From the NCBI RefSeq assembly GCF_030684315.1, contig NC_081375.1, forward strand, positions 36,438,068 through 36,502,067: 64,000 bases of DNA, in the 5' to 3' direction. The position numbers and the translations under genes were made by a program. The notes beneath the pieces are model-generated. The model did not search any database, was not told the DNA's origin, and was given only the letters and a program-made list of their open reading frames with translations. This stretch comes from Stegostoma tigrinum. Taxonomy: Eukaryota. The first letter of the stretch is position 1. Every line of letters begins with the position of its first letter. Below, piece by piece: positions 1-43,885 of this stretch.

Positions 1-235
1 TGTCTGTGGGCTTTTGACACTAACTCATATACACTTAAAATGGCTTTCTTCACCTGCTCATACTCCTTTGATGCTGATACAAATATCTCACTTGCTCTAC
101 CTACAAATTTTGTTTGGATCAACAAAACCCACCTGGTCACCAGCCACTTCATTTGTTTAGCCACTTTCCCAAAAAAGTCAATGCTTGGACATATTTAAAC
201 AGATCCTAACGAGCCCTTTGGCTATAATGGATTTT

Positions 236-545
236 TAGACTAGATTCCCTACAGTGTGGAAACAATCCCTTCGGCCCAACAAGACCATACCGCCCCTTGC
301 AGCATCCCACCCTGACCCATCCCCCAAAACCCACACACCCCTGAGCACTAAGGGCAATTTAGCATGGCCAATCCAACTAGCCTGCACATCTTTGGACTGT
401 GGGAGGAAACCGGAGCACCTGGAAGAAACCCACGCAGACACGGGGAGAATGTGCAAACGCCACACAGACAGTTACCCAAGGCTGGAATCGAACCTGGGTC
501 CCTGGTGCTGTGAGGCTGCAGTGCTAACCACTGAGCCACTGAGCC
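236..545 (-). mobile_element. HE1-type tRNA-derived V-SINE
   Basis: Reverse complement has the A box TGGCTCAGTGG, B box GGTTCGATTCC, the V-domain-like core and a CR1-like tail. Confidence 0.85.
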
Positions 546-1074
546 AATTTGCTCGTCCTCACTGCCTTCCTCACTAAGCCTTCCTTCTACCTTTACCTCC
601 AGCCTTTTAAGTCGTCTTTCCCGTCAAAATGCCAACTTCTGAAGTTCAAATTCTCTCTTTCTGCTTTTCTTCTCTTCCTCGCTTTCTTCTGAGAGGGTCT
701 TCCTCTCCTTTTCATTCTGCCAGGGCTAGTTTTTCCTTTTAATCATAATTCAGATTGCTTCAGTTCCTTTTCATGTTCAAGCTCTTTCTTCTGCAGTTGA
801 ATTCCAGTCATTTCCAAAGATTCTGACGGCATTTCCAGCAATTTTTAAATGTCAAACTATTGCTGTAATTACCTTCCCTTTTCTTACGGAACAAAGACAA
901 TCCCAATTCCAGCTTGCCTGCCAATTCCAACAGCTTTGCTTTGCTCACTTTTTGTAAAACTCCTGAAGTCAGAAAACTCTTCATGACTGAAAGAGCCATT
1001 TCTGCACAAGGCATGCCCTGTTTAAACTAACCAGGTTCAATACCCGAAACAAAAGACACTAACACCTACCACTT

Positions 1075-1300
1075 AATAAAATGTGAGGCTGGATGAACAC
1101 AGCAGGCCAAGCAGCATCTCAGGAGCACAAAAGCTGACGTTTTGGGCCTAGACCCTTCATCAGAGAGGTCTCTGATGAAGGGTCTAGGCCCGAAACGTCA
1201 GCTTTTGTGCTCCTGAGATGCTGCTTGGCCTGCTGTGTTCATCCAGCCTCACATTTTATTATCTTGGAATTCTCCAGCATCTGCAGTTCCCATTATCTCT
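1075..1300 (+). mobile_element. Fold-back Penelope-derived element with hammerhead core; TSD AACACCTACCACTT (1061-1074/1301-1314)
   Basis: 92-bp inverted arms at 1075-1166 and 1169-1260 (one mismatch), a 40-bp unpaired tail and 14-bp direct flanking repeats. Confidence 0.85.
1172..1199 (+). ncRNA. Minimal type I hammerhead ribozyme core (putative)
   Basis: CTGATGA-A-GGGTCTAGGCCC-GAAA-CGTC: catalytic boxes, a helix II and a palindromic ACGT minimal helix III, as described for PLE hammerheads. Confidence 0.6.
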
Positions 1301-1973
1301 AACACCTACCACTTGCTGACTTTGACTCCAACAACCCTAAACCCAAATTGGAATTATAGAACTATATCCTAACAAGGATTTGTTATGGGCTAGACACCAC
1401 AAAAATATTTTAAGAAGGTAGTCTAGACCCTAACATTTTCTTATTTTAAAAAGGTAGATGTGAAGCGTGTGCCCCAGACATGATGCAACAGGTCAAACCA
1501 CTTGATGTTAAGCAAAGCACAATTTTTTAAACATTTTAATAAAAAAAAAGAGAAAGAGGAATTTAGAAAAACATAGCTATTGAAAAATTTAACCAAACAA
1601 TAGATACAGTACCTATTACTAATTAACTGTTCTAATACAGTAATATGCCATAAACACAACCCTTGACAAAAAAGGTAAATTCAAACAGATTCTTACATGC
1701 AGTTTCCCAATCCAGGAGGATACAACGTCAACAGAGACTACAGAGAAAGTCACCGTTAGGAATCACTGATTGAAGCTTGCAGCCCCCCAGGGACTCAAAC
1801 AGCTTCTCACTGTTGCACCTAAAGAGAAAACTAGAAAGCCTGATCTTGGAGAACGTGCCACTCTTCTTCCATTGTTACAACTGCTTGTAAAAAAACAAAT
1901 TGACTTAGGCCGGTACCTGTGGCCACTTGTGCACCTGTACCTTCACAACCTCTCTTGAACAAAACCCCAGGAC

Positions 1974-3190
1974 AGCATTGTCTCTATTCACCCTGTCCCT
2001 GCCCTCATGATTTTATAAAGCTCTATAAGGTCACCCTCAGCCGCTGACACGCCAGGGTAAATAGCCACAGCCTATTCAGCCTCTCCCTACTTTTCAAACT
2101 CTTGTTCAGCAATGCTCTCCAGGATCTTACCATTAGGTGTATAAGCCCTGCCCTGAATTGCGTTTCCAAAATGTAACACCTCACATTTACCCAGAATAAA
2201 GTGGCAGCACAGTGGCTCAGTGGTTGGCACTGCAGCCTCACAGCGCCAGGGACCCAGGTTCGATTCCAGCCTTGCACATTCTCCCCGTGTCTGCGTGGGT
2301 TTTCTCCAGGTGCTCCGGCCGCACTAAATTGCCCAGGGTGTTCAGGGGTGTGTGGGTTATAGGGGGATGCTCCAAGAGGCGGTGTGGACTTGCTGGGCCG
2401 AAGGGCCTGTTTCCACACTGTAGGGAATCTAATCTAATCAAAAAAAGTCCATCTGCCACTCCTCAACCCATCTGATCAAGGTCCCATCCTACTCTGAGGC
2501 AATCTTCATCACTATCCACTACACTAATTTTGGTGTCATCTACAAATTTGCTAACCATACCTCCTTTATTCAAATCCAAATCATTTATATAAAATCATGA
2601 AAATCAGTGGACCCAGCACCAATCCTTGCAGCACACTATTGGTCACAGGTCTCCGGTCCAAAGAGCAATTCTCCGTGCCATCCTCGGGCTCCCATCTTCG
2701 AGCCAATTTTGTATCCAAATGGCTAGCTCTCTGCATTCTATGTGAACTAACCTTGTTAACCATCTACTAAACAAAACCTTGTTGAATGCTTACTGAAGCC
2801 TGTATAGATAATGTCCACCACTCTTTGTCACTTCTTTAAAAACACACAATCCAGTCAGTGAGACACGATTTTGTACGCATAAAATCATGTTGACTATCGG
2901 TCTCTGCCTTTCCAAATGCATATAAATTTTGTCCCTCGGAATCCCTTCCAACAACTTGCTCACTACTGATGGCAGGCTCACTGGTTTATAGGTCCCTGGC
3001 TTCCCCTTACCAACTTTCTTAAAAAGTGGCACCATGTTAGCCAACCTCCAGTCTTCTGGCATCTCACCCATGGCTAATCAATGATACAAATATCTCAGCA
3101 AGAAGCCCAGCAATTACATCCCTAGCTTACCCCATTGTTTTAGAGTACTCCTGATTCACTCCTGGAGATTTATCCACTGTTATACCTTCG
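1974..3190 (-). mobile_element. CR1/HER1-type LINE ORF2 fragment
   Basis: Minus-strand peptides PEDWRLANMVPLFKK..YKPVSLPSVVSKLLE and VLQGLVLGPLIF; the HE1 at 2201 is nested inside. Confidence 0.85.
2201..2438 (+). mobile_element. HE1-type SINE with two internal deletions
   Basis: A and B boxes present, (AATCT)n tail; lacks segments present in the other copies. Confidence 0.85.
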
Positions 3191-3194
3191 AAGA

Positions 3195-3302
3195 CTTGAA
3201 ATGTTAACTCTCATTCCCTCTCCAAGGATGCTGCCAGACTCAATGATTTTCTCTAGCATTCTGTGTTTGTTTCAGATTACTAGAATCTGCAATATTTTGC
3301 CT
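3195..3302 (+). mobile_element. Short PLE pseudo-LTR fragment (second family)
   Basis: gaaatgttaactct..gatgctgccagac..tttgtttcagatt motif shared with 21756, 31310, 43775, 47370 and 62680. Confidence 0.5.
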
Positions 3303-4649
3303 TTAAATGGAAACTTTAATGTCCGTGCAAGAGCACGTCTCACCCTTGCTGGGATTCAACCAGTCACCACATGAAGAAACCTAAAAAATATCACGTTGTA
3401 GTCGTTCAGTGCCTGAGTAAGGGATTTGACATTAGGCTAAGGCTGACCGAGACATCTCCTGCTTTTCATTGACCTCTCGACTCTTAGCTAGTGACTCCCA
3501 GCCCACTCTCACTCGCATAGAGTAAGGACTCCCAATCCTAGGCCTCTGGTGGGTGCAATACTGCCAACAACCATGTGGCTCCAACAGAGAATGGGGAAGG
3601 GGGATGTGATGAAGACTGGGATTCCTTCCCAGGAAGGATCAGTGTAAGCCAGTTAAGTGTTTAATGAGCCTTCCCAAATTGAATAACGGTCGCAGGATAA
3701 GACCCCTTAAATAGACATTAAATGCCCACTAAGGACTTCAATTAATGTTTAGGTGTGAGGCTGTTCTTGATCCTTCTGGCCTTGGACTTGATCAAGCAGG
3801 AGGTAGGAAGGAAGCAGAGTTATTGTCCCACACTCTCACATCTGATGAAATGCTTGCATTAAATTGTATTGTGTGAGCTCTTCTTGACAATGTTCTGAGA
3901 ATTCAACGTCAGAGACATTCCTATGATTTTCACTCTCCAATTTGCTTCTCTGCCCACTGTCATTCTCAATCTCCAGATTTTGTCCCGCTTATCATTCTTG
4001 CTCCCTGTCTTTACCATATAATCACTACTAAGTCCAAGTCCAATTTTTCCCACTAGTATCATCAAGAACCAGTGACAGTGACTCCACTTATGATTCTGTA
4101 TACCAAATTACTTCTCTTCCCAAGAAGATTCTCATTCCCCAGTGTAAACATCTCTCCATTATTTTTCTCATTCCCAGTGTACTTCATTCCTCAAGATCAT
4201 TCTCAATTGCCAGTGCCATGTCACCATATTTATATTTTGATCTCTTTTAATTTCATTCTCCATCAGACTTCCCTCCCCATTAAAATTCTCATTCTCTAGC
4301 ATAATTCAGTCACCAAATCCTTCACATTCAATAGTGTATGTGTTGGAATGCTTTCCCATAGAAATTCAACTTAAAATTACAACAAATGACAGATTGCATG
4401 TAAGCATACAGTTGTAACCGTTCAGAATTTAGGTCTCTGAGACACCTTACAGTTTCATAAAATTGCAGTAGTCACTGTATAAATAGTTTTTCTTTTATCA
4501 CTACACTCCAGAAATATCAATAAATCAGTAAAGCTAATGTAAATGCAAGTACAATAACATCAGGATAACAATGGATAGACTAAAATTCATTAAACTGTTT
4601 TCTATTTTTATTTTAACTTGGCTATGTTGCCCTCTGCACTTAGAATACT

Positions 4650-5180
4650 GTAAGCCATTTTGCATCCCATATCTAAGGAAGAAAGGGCCAGTGTTGGAGG
4701 GGTGTAAAGAAAGTTTACAAGAATGATACCAGGGACGAAGTGCTTGTCATATCATGATCAGTTGAGGACCCTGTCTGTATTCAACTGAGTTTAGAATGAC
4801 AAGGGATTATCTGATTGAAACTTACAGAATACGAAGAGGTCAGGATAGAGTGGAAATGGAGCAGATATTTCCACTAGTAGGAGAGATTAGGACCTGAGGG
4901 GCAAAGCCTCATAGTGAAGGGACAACCCTTCATAACTGAGAGGAGGAGGAATTTCTTCAGCCAGAGGGTGTTTAATCTGTGAAACTCATTGCTGCAGCAG
5001 GCTGTGAGGCCAAGTCATTGAGTGTGTTTAAGACAGAGATAGATAGGTTCTTGATTAATAAGGGAGCGAGGGAGAATGCAAGAGAATGGGGTTGTGAAAC
5101 ATATCAGCTATCATCAAATAGTGGAGCAGACTCAAGGAGCCAAATGGACTAATTCTGCTCCTATATTTTACGGTCTTACA
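4650..5180 (+). mobile_element. CR1 LINE 3' end
   Basis: Typical CR1 ORF2 C-terminus and 3'UTR; near-paralogous to 14580-15082. Confidence 0.75.
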
Positions 5181-7600
5181 GCCTTAATCCAAGTTCCATT
5201 TCCGAATAGTGACTAGACAGATATATTCCATTCCATAACATATGAACTGAATAATTTACATACATTCCATCACCATCTATGTCTGTGCAGATACAAATGC
5301 CTTAAACCCTCGGTCTCAGAAAGGTTTTAATTCATCCTCAGGTGTTCTCACAGGCTACTTGGATCATGTGAAGTTACTTAAGCCAATGCAGTGACGATCT
5401 CTCTGTCCAATCTGCCAGGAATTATCTGTACAATCATCTTAGCTGGTTCAATCATTGTTCATCTGTAATTCTTGAATCCACAGTAAGCTGTAACCATCAG
5501 CATAATTAACTGCCACAGCAACACCACATCTGCTGGATGTAATTTCTGACCACCACATTTGTAGCCATCAGATCCTTCCAAACAATGACATGTTCCCATG
5601 TCCAATATCAATTGAAGTTGTATGAATATTAAGTTTCAGCTATGTGCTAGTTAATGTTCATGACAGTCAATTGATTCAAACACTGAATCTGTTGATACCT
5701 TGTATGCAGCTTCTGCATCTTCTTCCTTGAATTAGCAACACCATTAGGATTAAATTAGGGTAGCTGCAAATGCAGATTCTAAGGATGATATTTTAAATTT
5801 CTATGATCACATACATAAACATGTATCTGGTGATGAATGACAACAAAACTGCTGCATGAATCAAATTACGTACACGCAAGTACAGTCAACATCCATAATT
5901 ATAGATTTGTTCAACCAGTGAAATACAACAAGAACAAGCTTGTTCCTTATAACAAATTCAATCAAAATTACCCTGATGGTAATATCAGATATCACTGTCA
6001 ACCCTTGAACAAAATTGCAGATCAATTTGGGGAAGACCAACTAATAAATACAAAGCATACGTTAGAACTTCCATGGCTCGGAGTAGAACTAAACCTATCT
6101 ATATTTCCTGCAGTTAAGAATATGGGGAATCTAATTAACATAACTGTTCCATTCTCAGAATTTTTTTGCTCTGTGCTGTTTAATTTCTTTTCTCATTTTC
6201 CTTACCCTTTTGTTGCACATCAACTGTCAATCTAAGGTTTTTTAAAAGCATCGCAAACATTTGTAAGTTGTGAAAACCCTGATATTAATTCTGCTGATAT
6301 TCACCCCATATTCATCTGCACTAGTTCTTTTCTTTCTCACATGTCTTGTGACTTCACCAGGAATCCATAAGACCATTAAAGGTCGTGTTATCTTCATGAC
6401 CTCCCGAGGGAGTTGAAGATTCATGATCAGACTGTCACCTTGTCCACTTGTGTAATTCTCCCAACCTCAACCTTTTCGAAAGGCTCTGCCTGTCATTTTG
6501 AAGTAACAAGTGAGTGAGAAGTGAGAGGCCTTTAACTGCTCCCCCTCCTTATCTAAAATCACCACTTGAACCACCCCCAGCTGCACAAACAGGTGTCTTA
6601 GAAAAACTTCCATGAACCAACTACAAGCTAAGAAACTCTACATCAAATTCATTTTGTTACGTAAACAACAGATGCTGCTCTAATTGTAAGAGATCTTTGA
6701 GATGCCATACTCACTATAGCCATATAATTGCTATGATATGGTGAGTTACCCACCATGTGCTCCATTTTCATCTTCCATGCATCCCATAAATAAATCCTAG
6801 TGAAACAAAAAGGCATACAACTGACAGCAGAATGATAAGGACTCAGCAGAACACATTTAACTTCTTAATTTAATAGTCTTGTTAACATGGTTGTACTGTC
6901 CTCTTAGACTCAAAAATTTTCCCCAAAATTATTATTGACAATGTTGGCTTATTCCAAACTATCACAGACCATTAGAATCCACTGAGTGAAATTCAAATGT
7001 TTATTACCCTGCTTGTCTCTAGAGATACATTTTTCTTCAACTCCCTGATGTGGTGCATCGCAACTAACAGAAAGCTAGTTTGACTCATTGTGTACTGATT
7101 CCACAGATTGACCATGATATTGCATATTCAGATTGTGGAAACAGCCTGTCACACATGCTTCTATCTCAAAATAGTCTCATTCTGCAACTTCATCATTATC
7201 TCATTAACAGTTCATTTGCTTGTGCTTGTGATAGACAACCTATAAATCACATTTCCCAGTGTGCTAATCATTCCAACAGGATTTTGAAACTCTTGGGTAA
7301 ACTTCACCTCACTATTCCCCAGATTCATTCTTTCTCCACTATCAATCCATTCACAAGTGTTAGTATAGCCCCACAAACCCTTCCCATTCCCATATCAATC
7401 ACTGTCATTCTTATTCTCCCGTGCCAGTACCTCTCTACTATTCTCATTCACTTGCTTACCTCTCTATCCACCTCTCTACCTCAACTATGAAAAGTGAATA
7501 CAAAGAAATTACAATGGCTGAAAGGTCATATTTAAGGTGACTTCCTCTCTATGCTTAAGCTGAGAGAAAAATGTAAATAAATCTCTCCTCACACCTACAG

Positions 7601-38739
<31,139 letters not shown>

Positions 38740-40488
38740 ATTCATAAAATTTAAAAGAATTAAACTCCAGGAGTGAAAACCTTCCTTTCATTCAGTGATC
38801 CCATTCTTCGTTCAATTACTTTGAGTGTTTTCTAACTTCTCCCTGTCCCTCCCTGGTTAAAATACACATTGATTACTGAGTTAGCCAACTGGGTTGAAAT
38901 GACTTTTTTCCCCCAACTTAACTCTTCCAGTCCCTAATACCAGGGCTATTCTCCATAATGCTACATGGGAAAAAGATGTCATGACAACCAAGCAGATCTC
39001 AGGTGAGTGAACAGAAAGTGCTGGGGGCAAAGAACTGTGAATTGAATTGAGGATGGAGTGAAGAGATCAACTGCATTCAGTACTGTGATTCACTCTTGGG
39101 AAAGGAGGTCTACTTCTGTAGAAATGGAGCATCCATTCTGTGGGGTTTCAAAGCTGATAAATTATCCAATGTGCTTGTCATATGACTTGAGCTTCTGTTG
39201 ATCTCAACCACATAGTAGCAGCTGCACAGTTTAGCTGAGGACTTAATGCATCTCAAACTAAGTAGCTCCTGGCTGCTCACAGCTGTACCAGTGCTTTATG
39301 ACACATATAATCCATGCATTTATACAGAAGCTGATCACAGCAAAATATTTCAATATTTTCATACAGCAAACTGTTGCAGAGATGTCCTGCCATGTTACTA
39401 TATGTGGGCTTGCAGGCATTAGAGGTCAAGGTCAATGTCAATGACCTGACACTGAGACACAGCCAGTGCAGCCAGATAGACTTGCAACTGTACACTTGGG
39501 GGTGCAACCATAAAGTATTCTGTTACCTGGGTCCAAACGTGGGTTGGGCCTGCAAGAGAAGTAGGGCTAGCATGAGATGTCACATTGTGCCCCTTGTTGA
39601 AGCCAGTACTATTAACACTGAATCTCAAACACGTGTTTATCCTGGCAGCAGTTTGAGATGGTTGAGTGGTCATTCTCTGACATCCAAACTCAAGCATTCC
39701 ATTTGATTCACCCTGTGATTTGTACAATTAACTTTTAACATTACGCACACACAGAAGCAGAGACAGAGGGACAGAGAGAGAAAGAACTGAAATACACAAT
39801 TAACCCATCTATGCTGCACATCCAATATGATTTCAATTAATCTCCTCTACTAATTCCACAGTCATACACAATTCTCATGCCCCTAATTTGCTCAATATTC
39901 AAACGTGTATTGACTCTGATTTGAATATATTCTAATGACTGAGCAAGCTGAGATAAAGAATTCCAAAATTTGCTATTCTTTCAATAAAGAAACTTCCCTT
40001 TATTTCAGTCCTGAATAGGAGACGAACTATTCCGAGACTGTAACTCCATGGTCCAGATTCCTCAGCTCAGGAAATTTCTTCCTAACACCTGCTCATCAGG
40101 TCATTTAAGAATTTGAGATGTTTCTAAGAGATCATCTCTCTTTCTTAAGGCATATTGGCCAATTCTACACAATCTCTCCTTGTGGTATGGCCCTCTCATC
40201 TCAGAAAGCAAACGATGAACTTCATTGCATTCTCTCTTAAGAAAGCATATCCTTCCTTATGTAAGGAGGCCAAGCTGAACACATTGTTCGAAATATGATC
40301 TAATCAAGTCCTGTATAACAGTAGCAATTGTATAATTATGGTATGATTTCTTTGCCCATGCTGCAAGCTTTTGCTATCTTAAATTGCTTACTGCATCAGC
40401 ACGGTAAAGTTCTGTGTGGGCAGGCATATCTCTCTGCTGAGACCCAAACACAGATCCATTAGTTAAAATACACCATTCTGAAAAGTAT

Positions 40489-40695
40489 CAGAGATAATGG
40501 GAACTGCAGATGCTGGAGATTCCAAGATAATAAAATGTGAGGCTGGATGAACACAGCAGGCCAAGCAGCAGCTCAGGAGCACAAAGGCTGACGTTTCGGG
40601 CCTAGACTCTGATGAAGGGTCTAGGCCCGAAACGTCAGCTTTTGTGCTCCTGAGATGCTGCTTGGCCTGCTGTGTTCATCCAGCCTCATTTCATT
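40489..40695 (-). mobile_element. Fold-back Penelope-derived element, young; TSD ATTCTGAAAAGTAT (40475-40488/40696-40709)
   Basis: Near-identical to the 1075 copy in opposite orientation; ~70-bp arms; intact + strand hammerhead core at 40609-40636. Confidence 0.85.
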
Positions 40696-40809
40696 ATTCT
40701 GAAAAGTATTCCTGCTTTCTGTGCCCCAATTGTATGGGGCATAATTCTGGGTAATAACTTGTTATGCAGCGCCTTCTTGGACGTTTGAAAATCCATATAT
40801 ACTGCATGG

Positions 40810-41150
40810 TGGTGGTGGTGTCACTGGCAAGGCAAGCATGTTTCCATCCCAAATTATTTTTGAACTATATGACTTACTAGGTCACTTCAGAGGGCTTGTT
40901 AATCTGGAGTCATATGTAGGCCAAACCAGGTAAGGATGGCAGATTTTCTTCTCTCAAGGACATCAGCGAACTAAATAGGATTTTACAACAATCGATGGCA
41001 ATTTAGTTATGGAATTACAGAGACCAGTTCTAATTCCAGGTTTAATAATTTCATTCAAATAGCTGCAGAGGGATTTAAAACCATGTCTTCAGTGCACAGG
41101 CCTCTGGATCACTTGTCCAGTGACAGTACATGTACATCATTACCTCCCTC
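40810..41150 (-). mobile_element. SacSINE/Deu-like SINE
   Basis: ccaggtaaggatggcagatttt core. Confidence 0.55.
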
Positions 41151-42733
41151 ACTACCAGTCAATCCATGCTCACCTTGTTTCAGTCATTTAATCAGTTAGG
41201 AGCTTGACTTATTTTTAGCTTTATTTTTAAAGAAAACCTTATCGAATTTGATTTAAATGCTAGCTAGATTAAATATCATCTCTACACCATAATTTATCCC
41301 ATTGCTCTTCCATGTACAGTGACATCACTTCACAACTTTTCTCCTGCTCTGCTAACAGCCTCGGATCACACTTTTCAATATCTGTGCTCATTTTACTACC
41401 ATTTTAACTTGCAAGTCCTAATATTACATGCTGATCTCAGTGTGAATCAAATTTGACATTAATGAAAACTGTCTCCAACTGTAAAGTACCAAAATTTTAT
41501 GAACATTAATAGCAACAGTAATAGGCCATTTGCCTTTTCAAGCCTGCTTTACCAGTTCATAAAATCATGGCTGATGTGTTAAAACTTCACCTTCCTGCAT
41601 TATCCTTATATCTTTCAATTCTCAGTATCCTAAAATCTATTAATTTTTGCTCGAATCTACTCTCCAAATGAACATCCACAAACCAAAATGATATAAAATT
41701 CCAAAGATTTAGAGACATTTGAATGAAGAAATTTCTCCTTATCTCAGTCCTTGAGGGTTAGCAGCCATGTTTACAATCTATGTTTACAGACTTGCCAACA
41801 AGGAGCAACATCTACCCAGCATCCACCCTCTCAAGCCCTGTAAGAATTTAATCAGTTCCAACGTGATCACTTTCACTTATTTAAGCTCTAAGGGATATAG
41901 ACCTCGTTGATTCAATCTCTCTTCATGGGACAATGGCCTAACACCAGAAATTACTGGAGTGAAACCTTGTTTTATGCATGCACATCCTTCCTTAAATAAG
42001 GCAAGCCTACAGGACACATTATTCTAAGTGTTACAAACACCCAATATAAACTTATTGCAGTAAAGGCCAATACATCATTTACCTTCTGAAGTATTTATTT
42101 TACCTTCATGTAACTGTGTGATTTGTGCACAAAGACATCCATGTCTCTAATATTAACATTTTCTAACCTCTCAGTGTGTAGACAAAATCTACGTTTGCTT
42201 TTTCTGACAAAGTGGAAAGCTTCACACTTCATCACATTGTATTCCAATGTGTCATCCTTTAGTTCAATTAATTTTTCATATCCCTCTGTACCCTCTTTAT
42301 GTCCTCATTCAAAACTTGTATTATTAGAAAACTTGGCTTCCTCATCTAAGTCATTAAGATAATTTGTAACTAGCTGAGGCTCCAGAATTGATCTTTGCTA
42401 GATAAAGTCAGTGGATTGTCCCATTTATTCCAATCCTATCCATTCTCCAGTCATCAATTCAAGTTAAAATTACTCAAATCCCATGATCCCTAATTCACTG
42501 CAATAACCGTATATTCATATTACAAGGCCTGGTGTTAGGCAATTAGAATGAGATCTTTGTGCAACTAACCTTGTAACATGATAGAATTGAATCCTCATTA
42601 AAATGTTCAAGATCTCAGTGTAAATGCATTCTACTGCCACGCAGTTTGGGTGAGCTCAGTTTAAATTGACTTCAACTATTACACACTTCATGATATATCA
42701 CTGACTTGCACTCTCCTATGACACAAGGTTACA

Positions 42734-43029
42734 AGGGCAGCATGTGGCTCTGTGGTTAGCACTGCTGCCTCACAGTGCCAGGGACCTGGGTTCAAGCCCA
42801 GCCTTGGGTGACTGTGTGGAGTTTGGACATTCTCCTTGTGCCTTTATGCATCCCCTCCAGGGGCTCTGGCTTTGTCCAAAAGCCAAAAGATGCTCAATTT
42901 CCCATTGTGTCCAGAAATGTGTTGGTTAGCTTTGGTAAATACAGGGGGCTGTGTCTGGGTGGCCTTCAGAGGGAGCCATTGCAAACTTGAAGGACCCAAT
43001 GGTCTACTCCCATATTGTAGGGATTCTAT
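42734..43029 (+). mobile_element. HE1-type SINE, diverged
   Basis: gggcagcatgtggctctgtggttagcact head and gtagggattcta tail. Confidence 0.75.
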
Positions 43030-43360
43030 GTTCAAACAGAGTTCCTGAATCCACTTAATAATAATTTTCTTTTCTGTTTACTTTTTAAAATACATCATCC
43101 TCCCAGAATTTTTAGTTTAACTGGAAGTATCAGTTAGGAAGTAATTTGTTTCCAACATTATTCTGGGAGTCATGTATCCATACCAAAGCTCTGTTCAACA
43201 GTAACATTTCAACTGATTGTTTGAGGTCCAATCTCAAAAGTTTGTGCTTTGTGCTGAGGGTTAGTTCAGTCCTACTGGGAGCACCAGGCTCTAATATAAC
43301 CCCAGCTCTGCTTATTCCTTGCAGGAAACCACCGTGGCAGTCTGATTCGGCACATCGTGC

Positions 43361-43470
43361 ACTGGGCTTGGACCTGCCCCGGGGGACCTGGACCGGTCTC
43401 CCACCCCTCGGGGCCTGGACCCGCCCTACTCTGTGCCTGGACCCACACACCCTGGGCCTGGACTTGGACC
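43361..43470. repeat. GC-rich short dispersed repeat, six (C/T)TGGAC units
   Basis: gggcttggacc, ggacctggacc, gggcctggacc, gtgcctggacc, gggcctggacttggacc. Confidence 0.6.
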
Positions 43471-43774
43471 AAACTGCTGATGACTATTCTAAGATTTTAA
43501 TTTCCTGAACAATGACTTCTTTGTGCTGTGTTCAAGTCAGTACATGTTTAAGTACAAGATCTATTTAGATGTCCTGCTCACTCTATTGAAAGTGGTACCT
43601 CCATTCATTCAAATATTTAATTACATTAACACATCCTCTGACCACACCAAACACGTTACAAATACTAATCTCTGCATTAATATCACAAACACCTCATAAG
43701 CTTCATATCCAAAATGTTACTAGAAACAGAAGCACCAATCCAAATAGGTTAAAAACCAAAAGGGTGCTGTAAAC

Positions 43775-43885
43775 CAGGACCAAAAACAGAAGTTGCTGGA
43801 AAAGCTCAGGAGGTCTTGCAGCATCCGTGAAGTAAAAATCAGAGTTAACGTTAACATTTCGGGTCTGGTGACCCTTTGTCAGAAT
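43775..43885 (-). mobile_element. PLE pseudo-LTR fragment (second family)
   Basis: Reverse complement ttCTGACAAagggtcaccagacccGAAAtgtt. Confidence 0.55.

Larger units (their letters stand above)
1..1973 (-). mobile_element. Gypsy (Gmr1-like) LTR retrotransposon remnant: putative LTR 1381-1973 plus decayed gag
   Basis: Minus strand 1-230 reads KVAKQMKW..WVLLIQTKFVGRASEIF..YEQVKKAILSVYELV (Gmr1/SCAN-type capsid-like). 550-1000 encodes LLELAGKLEL plus a charged coiled-coil stretch. A TG..CA-bounded block spans 1381-1973. Interrupted by a SINE and a PLE palindrome. Confidence 0.6.
39870..42500 (-). mobile_element. Decayed CR1 3' fragments (39870-40450, 41500-42500)
   Basis: Reverse-complement CR1 3' motifs (ttccaaagattt..gaagaaatttctcctt). 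Confidence 0.5.

Noticed and set aside
235-577. Short ORFs such as MAQWLALQPHS.. and MWKQ..
   Set aside because: They are chance translations of HE1 SINE copies and recur at every copy.
1075-1260. MITE/DNA transposon or assembly artefact
   Set aside because: The asymmetric tail, variable 11-15 bp TSDs and identity with a GIY-YIG-linked pLTR favour a PLE origin. Independent copies with their own TSDs argue against an artefact.
1075-1260. miRNA precursor
   Set aside because: The hairpin is repeat-derived and much longer than a pre-miRNA; there is no expression evidence.
5837-7490. Novel genes from the 132-aa and 136-aa ORFs
   Set aside because: Low-complexity intronic sequence with no recognisable domain or exon-phase support.
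43361-43470. CRISPR-like repeat-spacer array
   Set aside because: The units are only 6-11 bp, irregular and in eukaryotic DNA.
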